Part shown: positions 25,733 through 39,967 of the stretch, in pieces
Layout: the number at the start of each line of letters is the position of its first letter
How positions within the stretch are numbered: position 1 is the stretch's first letter
Source: Macrostomum lignano
Lineage: Eukaryota
Length of the DNA stretch: 64,000 bases
NCBI GenBank assembly: GCA_002269645.1
Contig: NIVC01002102.1
Coordinates: 62,001 to 126,000 of the forward strand
Reading direction: 5' to 3'
The notes under the pieces: model-generated
What the model was told of the DNA's origin: nothing
The model's database searches: none
The model's input: the letters and a program-made list of their open reading frames with translations, nothing else
Translations under genes and position numbers: made by a program

Positions 25733-26200
25733 ATGGCGGTTAACCCAGCTGACACCGTGACAATCACTGTTGGCGGTTGCAACTTCGTGACCCGTCGGGC
25801 CACCCTGTACAGATTCCCCAACACCAGGCTGTACAATCAGATTGCGGCAGACGAGCTGCAGAAAGATGCCTACTATTTCGACAGAGATCCGGAAGTGTTT
25901 CGTTTCATCTTGGACTTTTACCGCACTGGCGAACTGCATCTGCCCACCAATATCTGCGGCCCGTTCGTGCGCAAGGAGCTCATCTTCTGGGGCATCCACG
26001 AGGCCAGCATCGGGCCCTGCTGCCTGCCGCACTACATGCGATTCGACGAGGAGAAACGGACGAAGAACACTCTGTTCAAGGACTGCTTCGAGGACATCGA
26101 GCCGATGCAGTCGCTGGTGCGCTGCAGTAGGGGATTTCGCCGACTTCGCTACCGGATGTGGCTGTTTCTGGATTATCCTACTTCCTCCCTGCCGGCCAAG
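25733..26200 (+). CDS. Voltage-gated K+ channel (Shaw/Kv3-like), exon 1: T1 tetramerisation domain
   Basis: TVGGCNF...LYRFPNTRL...YYFDRDPEVFRFILDFYRTGELH; HX5CX20CC Zn motif of non-Shaker Kv families; AAG|GTGAGC donor, phase 0. Confidence 0.93.
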
Positions 26201-27583
26201 GTGAGCAGAAACCTCAAGGTTTTTGTGCGTCGATTTCACAAAATATCGGTAGAGCCTCTTGGATTTCCTTGGAGAAAAAAGTATAGAAAGGCTGATTGAA
26301 CTAAGATTGCAGAAAGTTGCAAATTCGAAACATACAGGTAGTTAGCAGAATTACGGTGGGATCTGAGAGCGCTGAGTGCTGACAGAGGCTGACAGACAGC
26401 TGACAGTGGTCTCGAGGCGACGGAGTGACAGGAAAAGGGTCTAATAGAAGATTGCACTTTAGGTTGAGAGGAGAATCTGACGAGAAAGACGAGAAGTCGG
26501 AAAGTTTCAAAATCAGGCTGGTTGCAAGTTTTTAGTAGCGGAAAGAACATTTACTACTTCAATAATCCCGAGTTTCATGGCAGTGCGGCGGTCCCTGATC
26601 CCATTGCATTGGGTGGAGCCAGTGGGAACAGTGAGGAGCTGGGAAAATTAAACAAAAGATTTTTTCTTTCACAAAAAAGTAAAAGCCGTGTTTAGTTAGC
26701 TGATCAGTTCAGAAGTACTTTTAAAAAATTTCAACTATTGTCACTGGAGCCGCAGTGAGGTCAGACCAATAATGAATGTGTGTGGTCCAAATTCTCCATT
26801 GTAATCGCGTCCTTAATTACCAACCCTACATATCGGGAAATTGAGAATAGTGCCCAATAATGAGTTGAGGGCTGGAAGGTCTCTCACTTTCACCCTCTTC
26901 TACTGGCCCATTCACTCCTCTTTGCTTTTCCTCGTCACGTAGAGCTGAAGAATGCGAGTAAGAAGTGGCCCAAGAGCCGCAGAAGGAGCTCAGAGAGCAA
27001 GAGAAGGGTGAACGTTATTGAAGATTTTGCCTCACGAGAGAGCGTTGGGTCCGGCTGGGCGGCGGTAGTAGGCGCAGCTCTCTTTCACTTGCGCTTCCGG
27101 CCCATGCAGTTATGCTATGGTGTGGTGAGAAAAGAGAGGAGCTGCAGGGTTGAAGCGAGCGAACAAGAAAGCCTGGTCCAGTATTATTTTGTTGGTCAGT
27201 TGGTCAAATAAATCTCTGCTCAAACCCCAGCAGTTTTCCTATAGCTAGTGGCTATATAATTTGAAGACGTCTTGCTTGCTCCTCAGCATTAGGTTTGTAG
27301 CGTCCATTTCCCATGCTTTGAACTCAGCACGCGAACGGAACGCCGGATCAACGGCCACCGACATTACAGGTCAAGCGGACTGCCGTACCGCTATGAGCCA
27401 TGAGGCTTTTTGTAGGATTTATAGCAGCCTGCGACAGATGCATAGTATATCCGGACTCATTATGTAACTGACTCACAAGCAGCCATTGTAACACAGATTT
27501 TTTCTGGGAAGAACGAATGACGCATGACTTGGACTTTGGTCCATTACTAGCTCCTATTCTCGTGATTATGCTGCCAATTTAAC

Positions 27584-27740
27584 GTCACGTGACATGCGGC
27601 CGCGTGCAACCGTCCGACTGTTTTGCTCTCTAAAAGAATTCCTTCCCCCACAGTCACGTGACTATTATCGTCCAATCAGCATTTGACTACGCCTTCGGTG
27701 CTTTCTGCTGTTGCCCCGAGCGTGTGACCAAACCAATGGT
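27584..27740. promoter_or_regulatory. Cluster of two GTCACGTGAC palindromes and CCAAT boxes in Kv intron 1
   Basis: GTCACGTGAC at 27584-27593 and 27653-27662; CCAATCAG at 27672; another CCAAT near 27733. Function inferred only. Confidence 0.3.
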
Positions 27741-28679
27741 GAAGGATTGTGGTATCCACCGTTTTCAATAATTGGATTTTATACCTTCAATTTCGTGAAG
27801 CGATCGACGCCCCACAGTACAAAACCATAGCTGGCACGCACGGCACAGTGGCAGGCATTGGCACACAATGCCCCTTCTCTTTCTACCTTCAATTATTTGA
27901 CCTGCAAATAGGCCAACAATGGGAGCTCAGAGTTTTAGTGCACACCAGCTGAAAAAAAATCGTTAAAAACCTCTGCCATGTATAGTTTGCTCAACCATTT
28001 GAGCCTCTACCAGCTCCCCCACCCACATCCCTCCAAATCACCCCGCGCCTCTCCGGGAGCGGAAGAGAAGGATCAATTTCTGGCTGCCTGCTGCTGCTTC
28101 TAAAAGCAGGTTTAAAGTTTGTCAACCCCGTGCTCTACTTCATCGAAGAGATTTCGGCGCTTGGCCCCAGATCACCTGGATTTCGCTGCTCATTCCCGGT
28201 TGGGTACGAGAATTATGGTCTCAAGGTCTGCATGCGGTCGGGTAGTTTGGTCCGCTAGCATGGAATGCTAGCATCAGTAAAGCGGCTACTGCCAGTACTG
28301 AATGAACGCTCGCAAAATCACTTCTATATGGACTGCAGATTATTGCAATAATAAACCAAACGTGTCTTGGAACAGTGCAGGAATGCTCAGAGAGAGGAGG
28401 GAGAGCAAGCCGGGGAGTAGGCTGTGAGCCAAGTCCAAATATTGACACTCAGGACCATTAGACTGATTGGTGAGGTGGTTTAGTTTAAAAGAACAGCAAA
28501 ATATTTTAGATCCCATATAGATGTAAGCACCAACCAGACTGACTGATCGCGAATCCGTCAAAGTTTCTTATAAATTCACCTGACCTCACATTTTACCTGG
28601 GCAAGCACACCAGCTAAATAGACAGATGATTGTGTCAGTTGGCAACGTTGGAGTCTTATTAGGAATTGACACAGGGCTG

Positions 28680-29953
<1,274 letters not shown>

Positions 29954-30944
29954 CAAGGATATCCCGACACAGAGTACGAACTCATTAACTCATTGAGACA
30001 AATCTGAGCAGATGCTGCTCGAACGAAGATGCAGCGGTGCTAGATAGAATGTAGACAGCATTCGAGCACAATAGGTACACTGTATAGCCGAGCTGTCCCA
30101 GCTGTACCAAATCAACAAAACGCAACCCCATTGCTTGGTTCATCAGAACTGCTACAAGCTGCGCGAGTTTTCGAGACATGCGAGCCATATTTTTAGGATG
30201 GAGGATGGGGTGGCGTGCAGTCAGCTTTCCTGACTACATCAAATCGAATACAATTTTTAAGCTGCTTACGAGTGCCTCATCATATTGTAGAAAATATAAT
30301 CGGTTTTTAATAATATAATATAATATAATATAATATAACCAGTTATCCAGGATTTTCAGCGCACTTTTAACTGACTGTTGCCCCCCCCCACTCTCCAGCA
30401 GCTCCAGAAGTTTCCATTAATTAAACTGCACCGCCTCCTCTCAGGGTCCGGTTCCAAAAGCTGCCAAAATCTTTCTTGGCCAACTGTGATTTGATTAGTT
30501 TATAGTTGGGCAGCTTTGAGAAGACACACTTTCCTTTGTAGTCGGCGCTCGTTCGATTTTCCCTGCTCAACCCCCCCCCCCCGGCTACCCTCTCTCTTCT
30601 CCTTTAGTGCAACCTCCTTCTGGTAGCAACAGAAACAGACCTGAGAGTTGGGTCAGCGAGCTCTTGAACCTGTCAGTTCCTGCAAGGAGCGGAGAAGCGG
30701 AGCCTGGAAATAACCGGCCGACGGTTGAAGCTTCATCGCCCGTCACCGATTGGGAGAAATCCGAATCAAAGAGCGGCGATTTTTCCCCAGTAGTTCTGTT
30801 TCGCCCGCCGCTTGATTGGATGCACTTTGATTGATCAAAGGCGCGGCAGACAGCAGGCAGGAAGACAAATGCGCGCTCGTACATAATAACCAAGAAAATA
30901 CCACCCTAAGACACTTAAACGCCAAGGCACTCCCACTGAGAAGA

Positions 30945-31840
30945 CAAGATGATGCAGACACACGGAAAGCAGGGCAGACACACGGAAATCAAGGCAGACA
31001 CACGGAAAGCAGGGCAGACACACGGAAAGCAGGGCAGACACACGGAAAGCAGGGCAGACACACGGAAAGCAGGGCAGACACACGGAAAGCAGGGCAGACA
31101 CACGGAAAGCAGGGCAGACACACGGAAAGCAGGGCAGACACACGGAAAGCAGGGCAGACACACGGAAAGCAGGGCAGACACACGGAAAGCAGGGCAGACA
31201 CACGGAAAGCAGGGCAGACACACGGAAAGCAGGGCAGACACACGGAAAGCAGGGCAGACACACGGAAAGCAGGGCAGACACACGGAAAGCAGGGCAGACA
31301 CACGGAAAGCAGGGCAGACACACGGAAAGCAGGGCAGACACACGGAAAGCAGGGCAGACACACGGAAAGCAGGGCAGACACACGGAAAGCAGGGCAGACA
31401 CACGGAAAGCAGGGCAGACACACGGAAAGCAGGGCAGACACACGGAAAGCAGGGCAGACACACGGAAAGCAGGGCAGACACACGGAAAGCAGGGCAGACA
31501 CACGAAGGCTAGACAGACACACAGAAAGCAAGGCAGACACACAGAAAGCAAGGCAGACACACGGAAATCAAGGCAGACACACGGAAAGCAGGGCAGACAC
31601 ACGGAAAGCAGGGCAGAAACACGGAAAGCAGGGCAGACACACGGAAAGCAGGGCAGACACACGGAAAGCAGGGCAGACACGCGGAAAGCAAGGCAGACAC
31701 ACAGAAAGCAGGACAGACACACAAAAAGCAAGGCAGACACACGAAGGCTAGACAGACACACAGAAAGCAAGGCAGACACACGGAAAGCAAGGCAGACACA
31801 CGGAAATCAAGGCAGACACACGGAAAGCAAGGCAGAAAGC
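30945..31840. repeat. 20-bp minisatellite (CACGGAAAGCAGGGCAGACA)n
   Basis: Direct inspection. Confidence 0.95.
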
Positions 31841-32639
31841 ACAGGAGCCATGCGCACACAGCGGGCCAAGGCTGTGGCGCCCCTGTTGGTGATGGATGGA
31901 GCATCCCCCCAGCACTTCTCTCTGCGTGCGCCCCAGCATCCTTCAGTCCTGCCCCGGCTTTTGTGCTCCTCCAGTGCGTGCTCTCGCACGCAGAATCGGG
32001 GCTTCACCCAACCATTTTTATTTTTCTTCTTTTTCCATTCTCCAATCCGTGTTTGCGTGCTGAAGCACATCTGCTGCGTGTGCAACAGAACTCTGCTATG
32101 CACAGGGGGCGCAGTGTTATTTGCTTGCATGCCCAGCCTCCCGTCTCGCTGCCACTAATCCTTCATCCTTTCTTAAGTTCCCAACACACTGAGAGAGCGC
32201 TGCAGCGCCTTACCGTAGTAAAAAATAACCCCACTCGGGCACCCATTCTTTGCCGATTATGCTTCTGGCTCTCTCCAGCCTCACAATTGAGCTTCCTTTT
32301 CTGACTCTGCACCTAATGTATATGTTTATGTATATATATACGTATGGAGACTTAGGGCAGTCGTTGCTGATGTGTTGAGCAAGCTGGGGAGTTTTGCAAC
32401 AGGGAAAAGGAAGGCCTACAAAGTGGTTAGCCGCTTGTGTCTGCTGCAACTCCAATCTGAAATGACTTTTCTAGTTCAATGGTCTGCGCACATCCTTGTT
32501 AGTTATGCTAATTGTCACCCGTCTGGGGATTCGCTCCACTTTATTTTGGACTGATGGACAGGGGATCAGAGATTAACGAATGTGAGATTAGAAAAATTGA
32601 AATAAACCTATGCAGTGCAGAGAGGGATTCGTGGTAACG

Positions 32640-33657
32640 CGATTTGATATGAAGGGACTGAGATCTGATATGAAGAGACTGAGATCTGATATGAAGAGAC
32701 TGAGATCTGATATGAAGAGACTGGGATCTGATATGAAGAGACTGGGATCTGATATGAAGAAACTGAGATTTGATATGAAGAAACAGATTTGATATGAACA
32801 GACTGAGTTTTGATATGAAGGAAGTGAGAGTTGATATGAAGAAACTGAGATTTGATATGAAGAGACTGAGATCTGATATGAAGAGACTGAGATCTGATAT
32901 GAAGAGACTGAGATCTGATATGAAGAGACTGAGATCTGATATGAAGAGACTGAGATCTGATATGAAGAGACTGAGATCTGATATGAAGAGACTGAGATCT
33001 GATATGAAGAGACTGAGATCTGATATGAAGAGACTGAGATCTGATATGAAGAGACTGGGATCTGATATGAAGAGGATAGAGAGATCTGATATGAAGAGAC
33101 TGGGATCTGACATGAAGAGGATAGAGAGATCTGATATGAAGAGACTGAGATCTGATATGAAGAGACTGAGATCTGATATGAAGAGACTGAGATCTGATAT
33201 GAAGAGACTGAGATCTGATATGAAGAGACTGGGATCTGATATGAAGAGACTGAGATCTGATATGAAGAGACTGAGATCTGATATGAAGAGACTGAGATCT
33301 GATATGAAGAGACTGAGATCTGACATGAAGAGACTGAGATCTGATATGAAGAGACTGAGATCTGATATGAAGAGACTGAGATCTGATATGAAGAGACTGA
33401 GATCTGATATGAAGAGACTGAGATCTGATATGAAGAGACTGAGATCTGATATGAAGAGACTGAGATCTGATATGAAGAGACTGAGATCTGATATGAAGAG
33501 ACTGAGATCTGATATGAAGAGACTGAGATCTGATATGAAGAGACTGAGGTCTGATATGAAGAGACTGAGATCTGATATGAAGAGACTGAGATCTGATATG
33601 AAGAGACTGAGATCTGATATGAAGAGACTGAGATCTGATATGAAGAGACTGAGATTT
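32640..33657. repeat. 21-bp minisatellite (GATATGAAGAGACTGAGATCT)n
   Basis: Direct inspection. Confidence 0.95.
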
Positions 33658-35564
33658 CATGCAAGAAACAGATTCGAGACAAAGATAGATAAGTCAAGTC
33701 AGAATAGAAATAAAGTGCCTTAAGGGAAGGCTGAATCAATAAGGCCCACCCACAGCAGTTGAAGGGCAGAGTTGATGAAGAGACCCCAGCATCAAGTGTG
33801 TCCCAGTGGCAAGTGAAATTGGCTAATGAGGTCAGAAAAGCCGGATTCGCTCAGAGGCTTTTGCTCCAACTTCTATATTTCTTGTCTCTGCTTCTTGTCT
33901 GATCTCGAGTTGAAGGGAGGGGAGAGTCCGGCCAAGACGGACTCAGTGAAGCATCAATCCTGTGCCCTCCCCCCCCCCAGTGCAGAGGATGCGGTCACTT
34001 TAAAGCGAATGGAAGCTGGGGGCAAGTGCGGCGGCTAAGGACAGACGGTGGCAATCAATCACTGGCCGGTCATCCAAGCGATTGAGCTGCCGAGGCCTTT
34101 TCTTCTCTTTCATTGGCAGAATCGGGGGGAGAGGAGGACAGCTCGGTAGATGTCCTTCAAACAAAGGAGAGAAAGTTAGTAAGAAAAGGCCGGGACCAGT
34201 TGGTAGGTCCTCACTGGTCAAGTGGTTTCTGGCTTTAGAGTTAGGGGGTGGGGGCGAGCGAATCATTGGCGAAATTATGCAAATTCTCCCAGCTCAGGCA
34301 CCCCCAATAAGCTAATGAGGATGGGACGGAGTCTCGCCTACGGCTGCGGGCTGCCCGTCCTTGTCTTTTGGTCCCCAAGGGTGCTCTCGATTCTCTCTAT
34401 CTCTGCCTGCCTGTCCGCTGCCGTTCCTCCATTTTCCCCCCGATCTACTGCCAGATGCATCAATCGGCTTTGGCGTCTTTCCCAAAAAAGAGAGATTGGC
34501 AAGAGCCCTCTTGCTCCCCTCTATCTCTCTCTCTCTCTCTCTCTCGCTCATTCAATGGCTGGTAGATTTTCTATTCTTACAACCAGCTAGTAAGCGCCTG
34601 TCTGCCTGCCCACGTCAGCTAAAAACAGTGACTTCCTCATTTATTTGTCAGAATGGGAATAGCTGAGCTAGTAAAAGTGACATTGCATGGGGGAGGCTTG
34701 TTCATCGCACCTGTCTCTCACTGCCAGACTCATCCTTCCAATTATAGTACCTGCATGCGTGACCCTGCCCCATTATAATGATTAAAATATGACGCTGCAT
34801 AATATCTGTCAATAATTTATTTTAACACACTGCAATATTTCACACCCCATTAGTCAAGCGCTTAAAAAAATTGAAAAAATGACGAGATAAGTAGGCGAGT
34901 GAAGAGGCTGTCAACTCTCTGGGAGAGACCAGGAAGGCGGGCGGGCAGTATTATTATAGCCTAGTTCACCCCTCAATTCCGGAGAGCTCATTCCGTTTTT
35001 CTTGTATCTTCTTTCTTTTTGTCTCATACTCCTACTATCTGCTCTGCACTCGGCCCTCCTGGCTAGAGTGTGGGGTGTGCTCAGCTGACGGCTGGGAGGG
35101 CAAAGCCGCATGTCTGCTTGAAGCCTCTCAGCCCCGCGTCCTCCGGGTGCTCAAGCAACTCGTCCTCAGTTTCTGTCATAATTCTTAGCATGCTTGCCCA
35201 GGCCGGCTTGAAATCTGCTGAAAGAGAACACAACCTCGGGGAGAGGGAGAGGGGAGAGGGGAGAAAGCCCCCTGTTACCCTTGTCGGGTCTGATTCCCCA
35301 AGGCTTCCCAAGCCGGGCGCAAATGTTTGCATCTAAGAAGCTGGGCTCACACGACCAAAATCCAATTCGGCCTGATTGGCTCTCAGACACTCGGCGATGT
35401 TGAGATCCTTTCATTGCCAATCTGTGTCGTTTGAATTCTCAAAATCGTGCATTTTCCGCGAGGAAATCGGTCCAAAAATATATGGTTTTGGGTTCGAATT
35501 ATGCAAATAGTGTATTCAATTGTCCTGGTGAGTTTGATAAATTGGGGGCATTCATGCGTGGAGA

Positions 35565-36505
35565 GAACGCAGAGGCAGATTCTCAAGGACTGAGGGGACA
35601 GAGAGGCGGATTCTCAAGGACTGAGGGGACAGAGAGGCAGATTCTCAAGGACTGAGGGGACAGAGAGGCAGATTCTCAAGGACTGAGGAGACAGAGAGGC
35701 AGATTCTCAAGGACTGAGGAGACAGAGAGGCAGATTCTCAAGGACTGAGGGGACAGAGAGGCAGATTCTCAAGGACTGAGGGGACAGAGAGGCAGATTCT
35801 CAAGGACTGAGGGGACAGAGAGGCAGATTCTCAAGGACTGAGGGGACAGAGAGGCAGATTCTTAAGGACTGAGGAGACAGAGAGGCAGATTCTCAAGGAC
35901 TGAGGGGACAGAGAGGCAGATTCTCAAGGACTGAGGGGACAGAGAGGCAGATTCTCAAGGACTGAGGAGACAGAGAGGCAGATTCTCAAGGACTGAGGGG
36001 ACAGAGAGGCAGATTCTCAAGGACTGAGGGGACAGAGAGGCAGATTCTCAAAGACTGAGGGAGTGACGAGACAGATTTTCAAGGACTAATAATATTAATA
36101 ATTTATTACACCTGCCCCAATGGGCAAATGTGCAACCGACAGCTCAGCCGCAGCTATTGCGCGGCGCATCTGAAGGTTGCGTACGGCTGTTCAGTCAAAG
36201 GACTGGGGGGGGGGGGTCGCCACACACACCCTCAATTACCCCTCAGCTAATGCTGGCACCCATTTTACAGCTGGGTTAACTGAAGCAATGCAGAGTTAAG
36301 TGTCGTGCTCAAGGACACAAATTGTTCCGAGTGAGTCAAGAATCGAACCCCCGACCTTCAAGTCGTGAGTCCGACGCTCTGACCACTAGGCTGCAACCCC
36401 CTACAACATGGACTGAAGGAGAGGCAGATTCTCAAAGACTGAAGGGGCAGAGGGGCAGATTCTCAAGGACTAAAGGGGCAGAGAGGCAGATTCTCAAGGA
36501 CTGAA
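35565..36505. repeat. 31-bp minisatellite (GACTGAGGGGACAGAGAGGCAGATTCTCAAG)n, split by SINE copy B
   Basis: Homogeneous units 35565-36085, more diverged units 36410-36505. Confidence 0.92.
36088..36400 (-). mobile_element. tRNA-derived CORE-type SINE copy B (full length, about 310 bp)
   Basis: tRNA head with A/B boxes, MIR-CORE-like segment at 36259-36319, 3' body, AT-rich tail; interrupts the 31-bp array. Confidence 0.85.
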
Positions 36506-36567
36506 GGGGCAGAGGGGCCATCAAAGTAGCAGAATCTGAAAGCTGCAACAAAACTCCGCACTTCCAG

Positions 36568-37318
36568 CTGTGGGCGATGCTGCTGCTACTGCTGATGATC
36601 TGCAGCGTGATGTGCTACTGCCTGCAGACACACCTGGCCTTCCGTGCTCCCAGCTTCAAAGTGTTCTGGAGCAACACCACGACAGGTGTCTGCAGCGACG
36701 AGCTGCGTTCCTCGAATCCAAAAGTACGCAAGGACTGCGAGACCGAGCCGCTGCAAGGCCTGGTGATTGTCGACATCACCCTGAACGCCGTGTTCACCTT
36801 TGAGTTCTTCATCAAGCTGGTTGTCGCCCCAGACAAGAAGAAGTTCCTCCGATCCCCGATCTCCATCATGGACATCATCATCTTGGGCTCCTACTGGATC
36901 TACGTGTCACTGTTCTTTTTTTACTATTACCAGCCGGACACCACCGTGTTGCAGCAGCGGACGGATGATGGAGCGACCCAGGTGAGTCTCTGGTGGCTCA
37001 ACGTTCTATCAATGTCACAGGCGCTGCGCATCCTGCGGGTGTTCAAGATCAGCAAGATCAGCCGAGGCCTCCGGGTGCTGATGCTGACGGTGAAGAAGTC
37101 CATCCCGGAGCTGGTGCTGCTGGGCTTCCTGCTGATGAACGGCATGTTCCTGTTCAGCTCCATGGTGTACATGGCCGAGTACAAGCAGACGGAGACATTC
37201 AGCGACATTCCGCACGCCTTCTGGTGGAGCATCGTCACGCTGACCACGGTCGGGTATGGCGACATCGTACCGAAGAGCGGGCCGGGGTTCATTGTCGGGT
37301 CCATCGCCGCGGTGTCAG
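36568..37318 (+). CDS. Kv channel exon 2: S1-S5, pore helix and filter
   Basis: TTCCAG|CTG (phase 0); S2 FTFE, S3 MDII, S4 RILRVFKISK, WWSIVTLTTVGYGDIVPK; donor TCA G|GTGAGA (phase 1). Confidence 0.95.
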
Positions 37319-39702
37319 GTGAGACAAATACAACTGGCTACTCTGTCTTCTGTCTTTTAAAGTTACGTTTCGAAGCACTTTTTGTTCAAGCATTTCAATA
37401 AAAAAATAGATTTCCCAAAATAGTTCAAAGTAAATGCATATAGAGAAATGTGGCAATGATGGGTCCTAGTATAAAAATACAACCAGCTATGTGCAAGTTT
37501 TGATTAAATGAAACATCGTTAAGACTATTTTACTATTTTTAGTTATCTTATTAAGATAGAAACGATAAAAATAATTTTTACTGAACGTAAATTATGATAA
37601 GTGCATTATGGATGATATATTTAGATAAAAATTTTAAATTCTCAACATCATATCATTTAAAAAGAACTTTTTCAAATATTGCTTCCGTAGCCTGTGACAA
37701 CATGAAAGGATGTTTAAGCAAAGTCAGCACAAAACGATTCTCTTGAAGCTGAGTCCTAGTTTAAATGCAAATCATTTTGCTCGCATTAGCATTTGTTTAA
37801 ATGAGTCCTGCTTGAACACCGGCGAAATACCGTTTTCTTTGCCTATCGGTCGGTGGTATCTGGACCGCCCTTCTAATTTGTTCTTGAGCAATTGAAGCAG
37901 GCACAGCGTCACTTGGAGCCGCCAATCCAATCTTCCTCGAGTCCAGATATACAGACTTGCTCTTTCTCCAATCCCTCCTTGGCAACATAGAGATCCATCT
38001 ATCGATAATAAGTGAGCTGCTGCATTGCCATCTATTCGAAGACTCTCTTCGCTCCATCGGTTGAAATTCGCATGCCAATTAACTTGGAGGGACCCGCTAG
38101 CAGACGGGCAGGCATAGCACGAGGACCACTGCAGCTTCGGGTGTGGGAAATTCCCTAAGCCGGGAAAACTGCCAGTCGGAAAATGTTCCGCTTGAGTTTG
38201 CACTGATGTTCGGCTGAGGCTTTGAATAGCTACAGTCGTAGATTGCAAAAGAGAAAAGGAAGAAATTTTAAAAGACAATTTTAATAGTACAGCAGCTAAT
38301 CTCGGCACTCGAGTTGCGAGGTACAATTGAAGTTGGGAGGAATTGTCCGCAATCCATTCTCTTCAAACCGCTCTCTATTCTAGATCGCGACACCCCCGTT
38401 CTCTTGTTGCCAAGGGCCCTCCCTGTCTCGCGGCTTCAGGGCAACAACTCCGTCTACTGAGATCGATACACAGGCTGGAAGAGCCTCGACCTGCTCAAAA
38501 TCCAAATCCCTCGATCATCCTCTAATCCCAAGCTCTTAAATAGACATGGAATTTAAGCGACTCTGAGATTAGCCAGGTGCACATGCCTCATCCCAGTTCA
38601 GATATCAGCCCCGCACCTGCTTTGCTGGGGATTTCACCTGTGTCGAATCTATCAGATTTCGTTTCTATTACTTTGTGTTGTCACAGCTTACTAAACTTTA
38701 TTCCTTACATTCGGCTGCTGCAGGCTGCTAGGGACTTCACTTGTACTGCATGTGTCCTCCTATCCGAGTCTCGTATCGACCTCAATACTCTGCTATTTAA
38801 CAAACTTCACTCCAATGTTCCCCAAAACAGGAGCTCTATTACTCGCACTCGATACACCCTAATCTACCCCCAATGAACCCTGCTATACCCCAATGCACTC
38901 TACTCCAACCCTAAAAACCCTCAAACTCAACTGCAAGCAATCCATCTCTTGCTCATATTGCATCGCACTGCATCCGATTCGCAGGTCTCACCTGACTTGC
39001 TGAAGTTATTCCGTCTGTAACGTTCTACTCCAACGATGCGTATAAGGTCAACGCCAGCGCAATCTAATCTAGCCCTGACATACTAACAGCAGCGGCCATC
39101 TACCAGGAATTCTATAATAAGCAGTTTTTTCTACCAGCGTTTTTGTCCAGCCGCGACGACACACCCCTGGGCCTCCGGGTTTTCTGGGAAATCAGATTCC
39201 ACATTCGCCGTCCGTCTCCCTCTCTCCCTCTCTCCCTATCTCGCTCTCCTAGCAAATACACCGAATTTCGAGTTCCCAGAGGGGAGACCCCCTCTCTGCC
39301 GCGGTTTCTCAAGAGCTTTAGCTGCTCGACTGAGGCGGGAGACTCCGACTGAGAAAAATTAAATTATCTTATGCACACATGCGCAGACTTATCCTAAGCA
39401 AGCTCGTTCGAGTAGCCCTGGAGGGGCTTACAATATGCGTTCCTCATCTCCTACCCGTCTGTCCTGCTCGCAGACTCCTACTCTAGCATGAAGAGATTCT
39501 CATAGGGCGAAAACCCGCGCGAAAACCACACTATAAATACTGTCGCACGCCGCAATTAAACCAATTCTTCCCGCAGTTTGAGACAGCCGTTGCTTATGTG
39601 AAGGAATCAAAAGTGCGTTTCGGTGGCCTCGCCAGAGGGGAGACAAGGGGGAGGGTGGACATGTACCCCATGGGCAGCTAAAGCAGAAAAAAACACTTTT
39701 TT

Positions 39703-39967
39703 CATTACACCTGCCCTAATCGGAAGATGTGCAACCGACAGCTCAGCCGCAGCTATTTCGCGGCGCATCTGAAGGCTGCATACGGCTGTTCAGTCCAAGG
39801 ACTGGGGGGTCGCCACACACACTCTCAATTACCCCAGCTAATGCTGGCACCCATTTTACAGCTGGGTGAACTGAAGCAATGCAGAGTTAAGTGTCTTGCT
39901 CAAGGACACAAATTGTTCCGAGTGACCTTTCAGTCGTGTGTTCGAACGCTCTAACACTAGGCTACAA
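39703..39967 (-). mobile_element. SINE copy C (B-box deleted)
   Basis: Colinear with copy B over body and CORE (39850-39910) but lacks about 19 nt containing the B-box. Confidence 0.85.

Noticed and set aside
37319-37401. Kv protein ending by read-through at 37401
   Set aside because: A consensus donor at 37319 and phase-matched exon 41909 supply the rest of S6; read-through would lack the gate.
37772-38876. Decayed retroelement or gene in ORFs 37772-38326 and 38577-38876
   Set aside because: No convincing motif (the LLSESR likeness to APE endonuclease is too weak); left unassigned.
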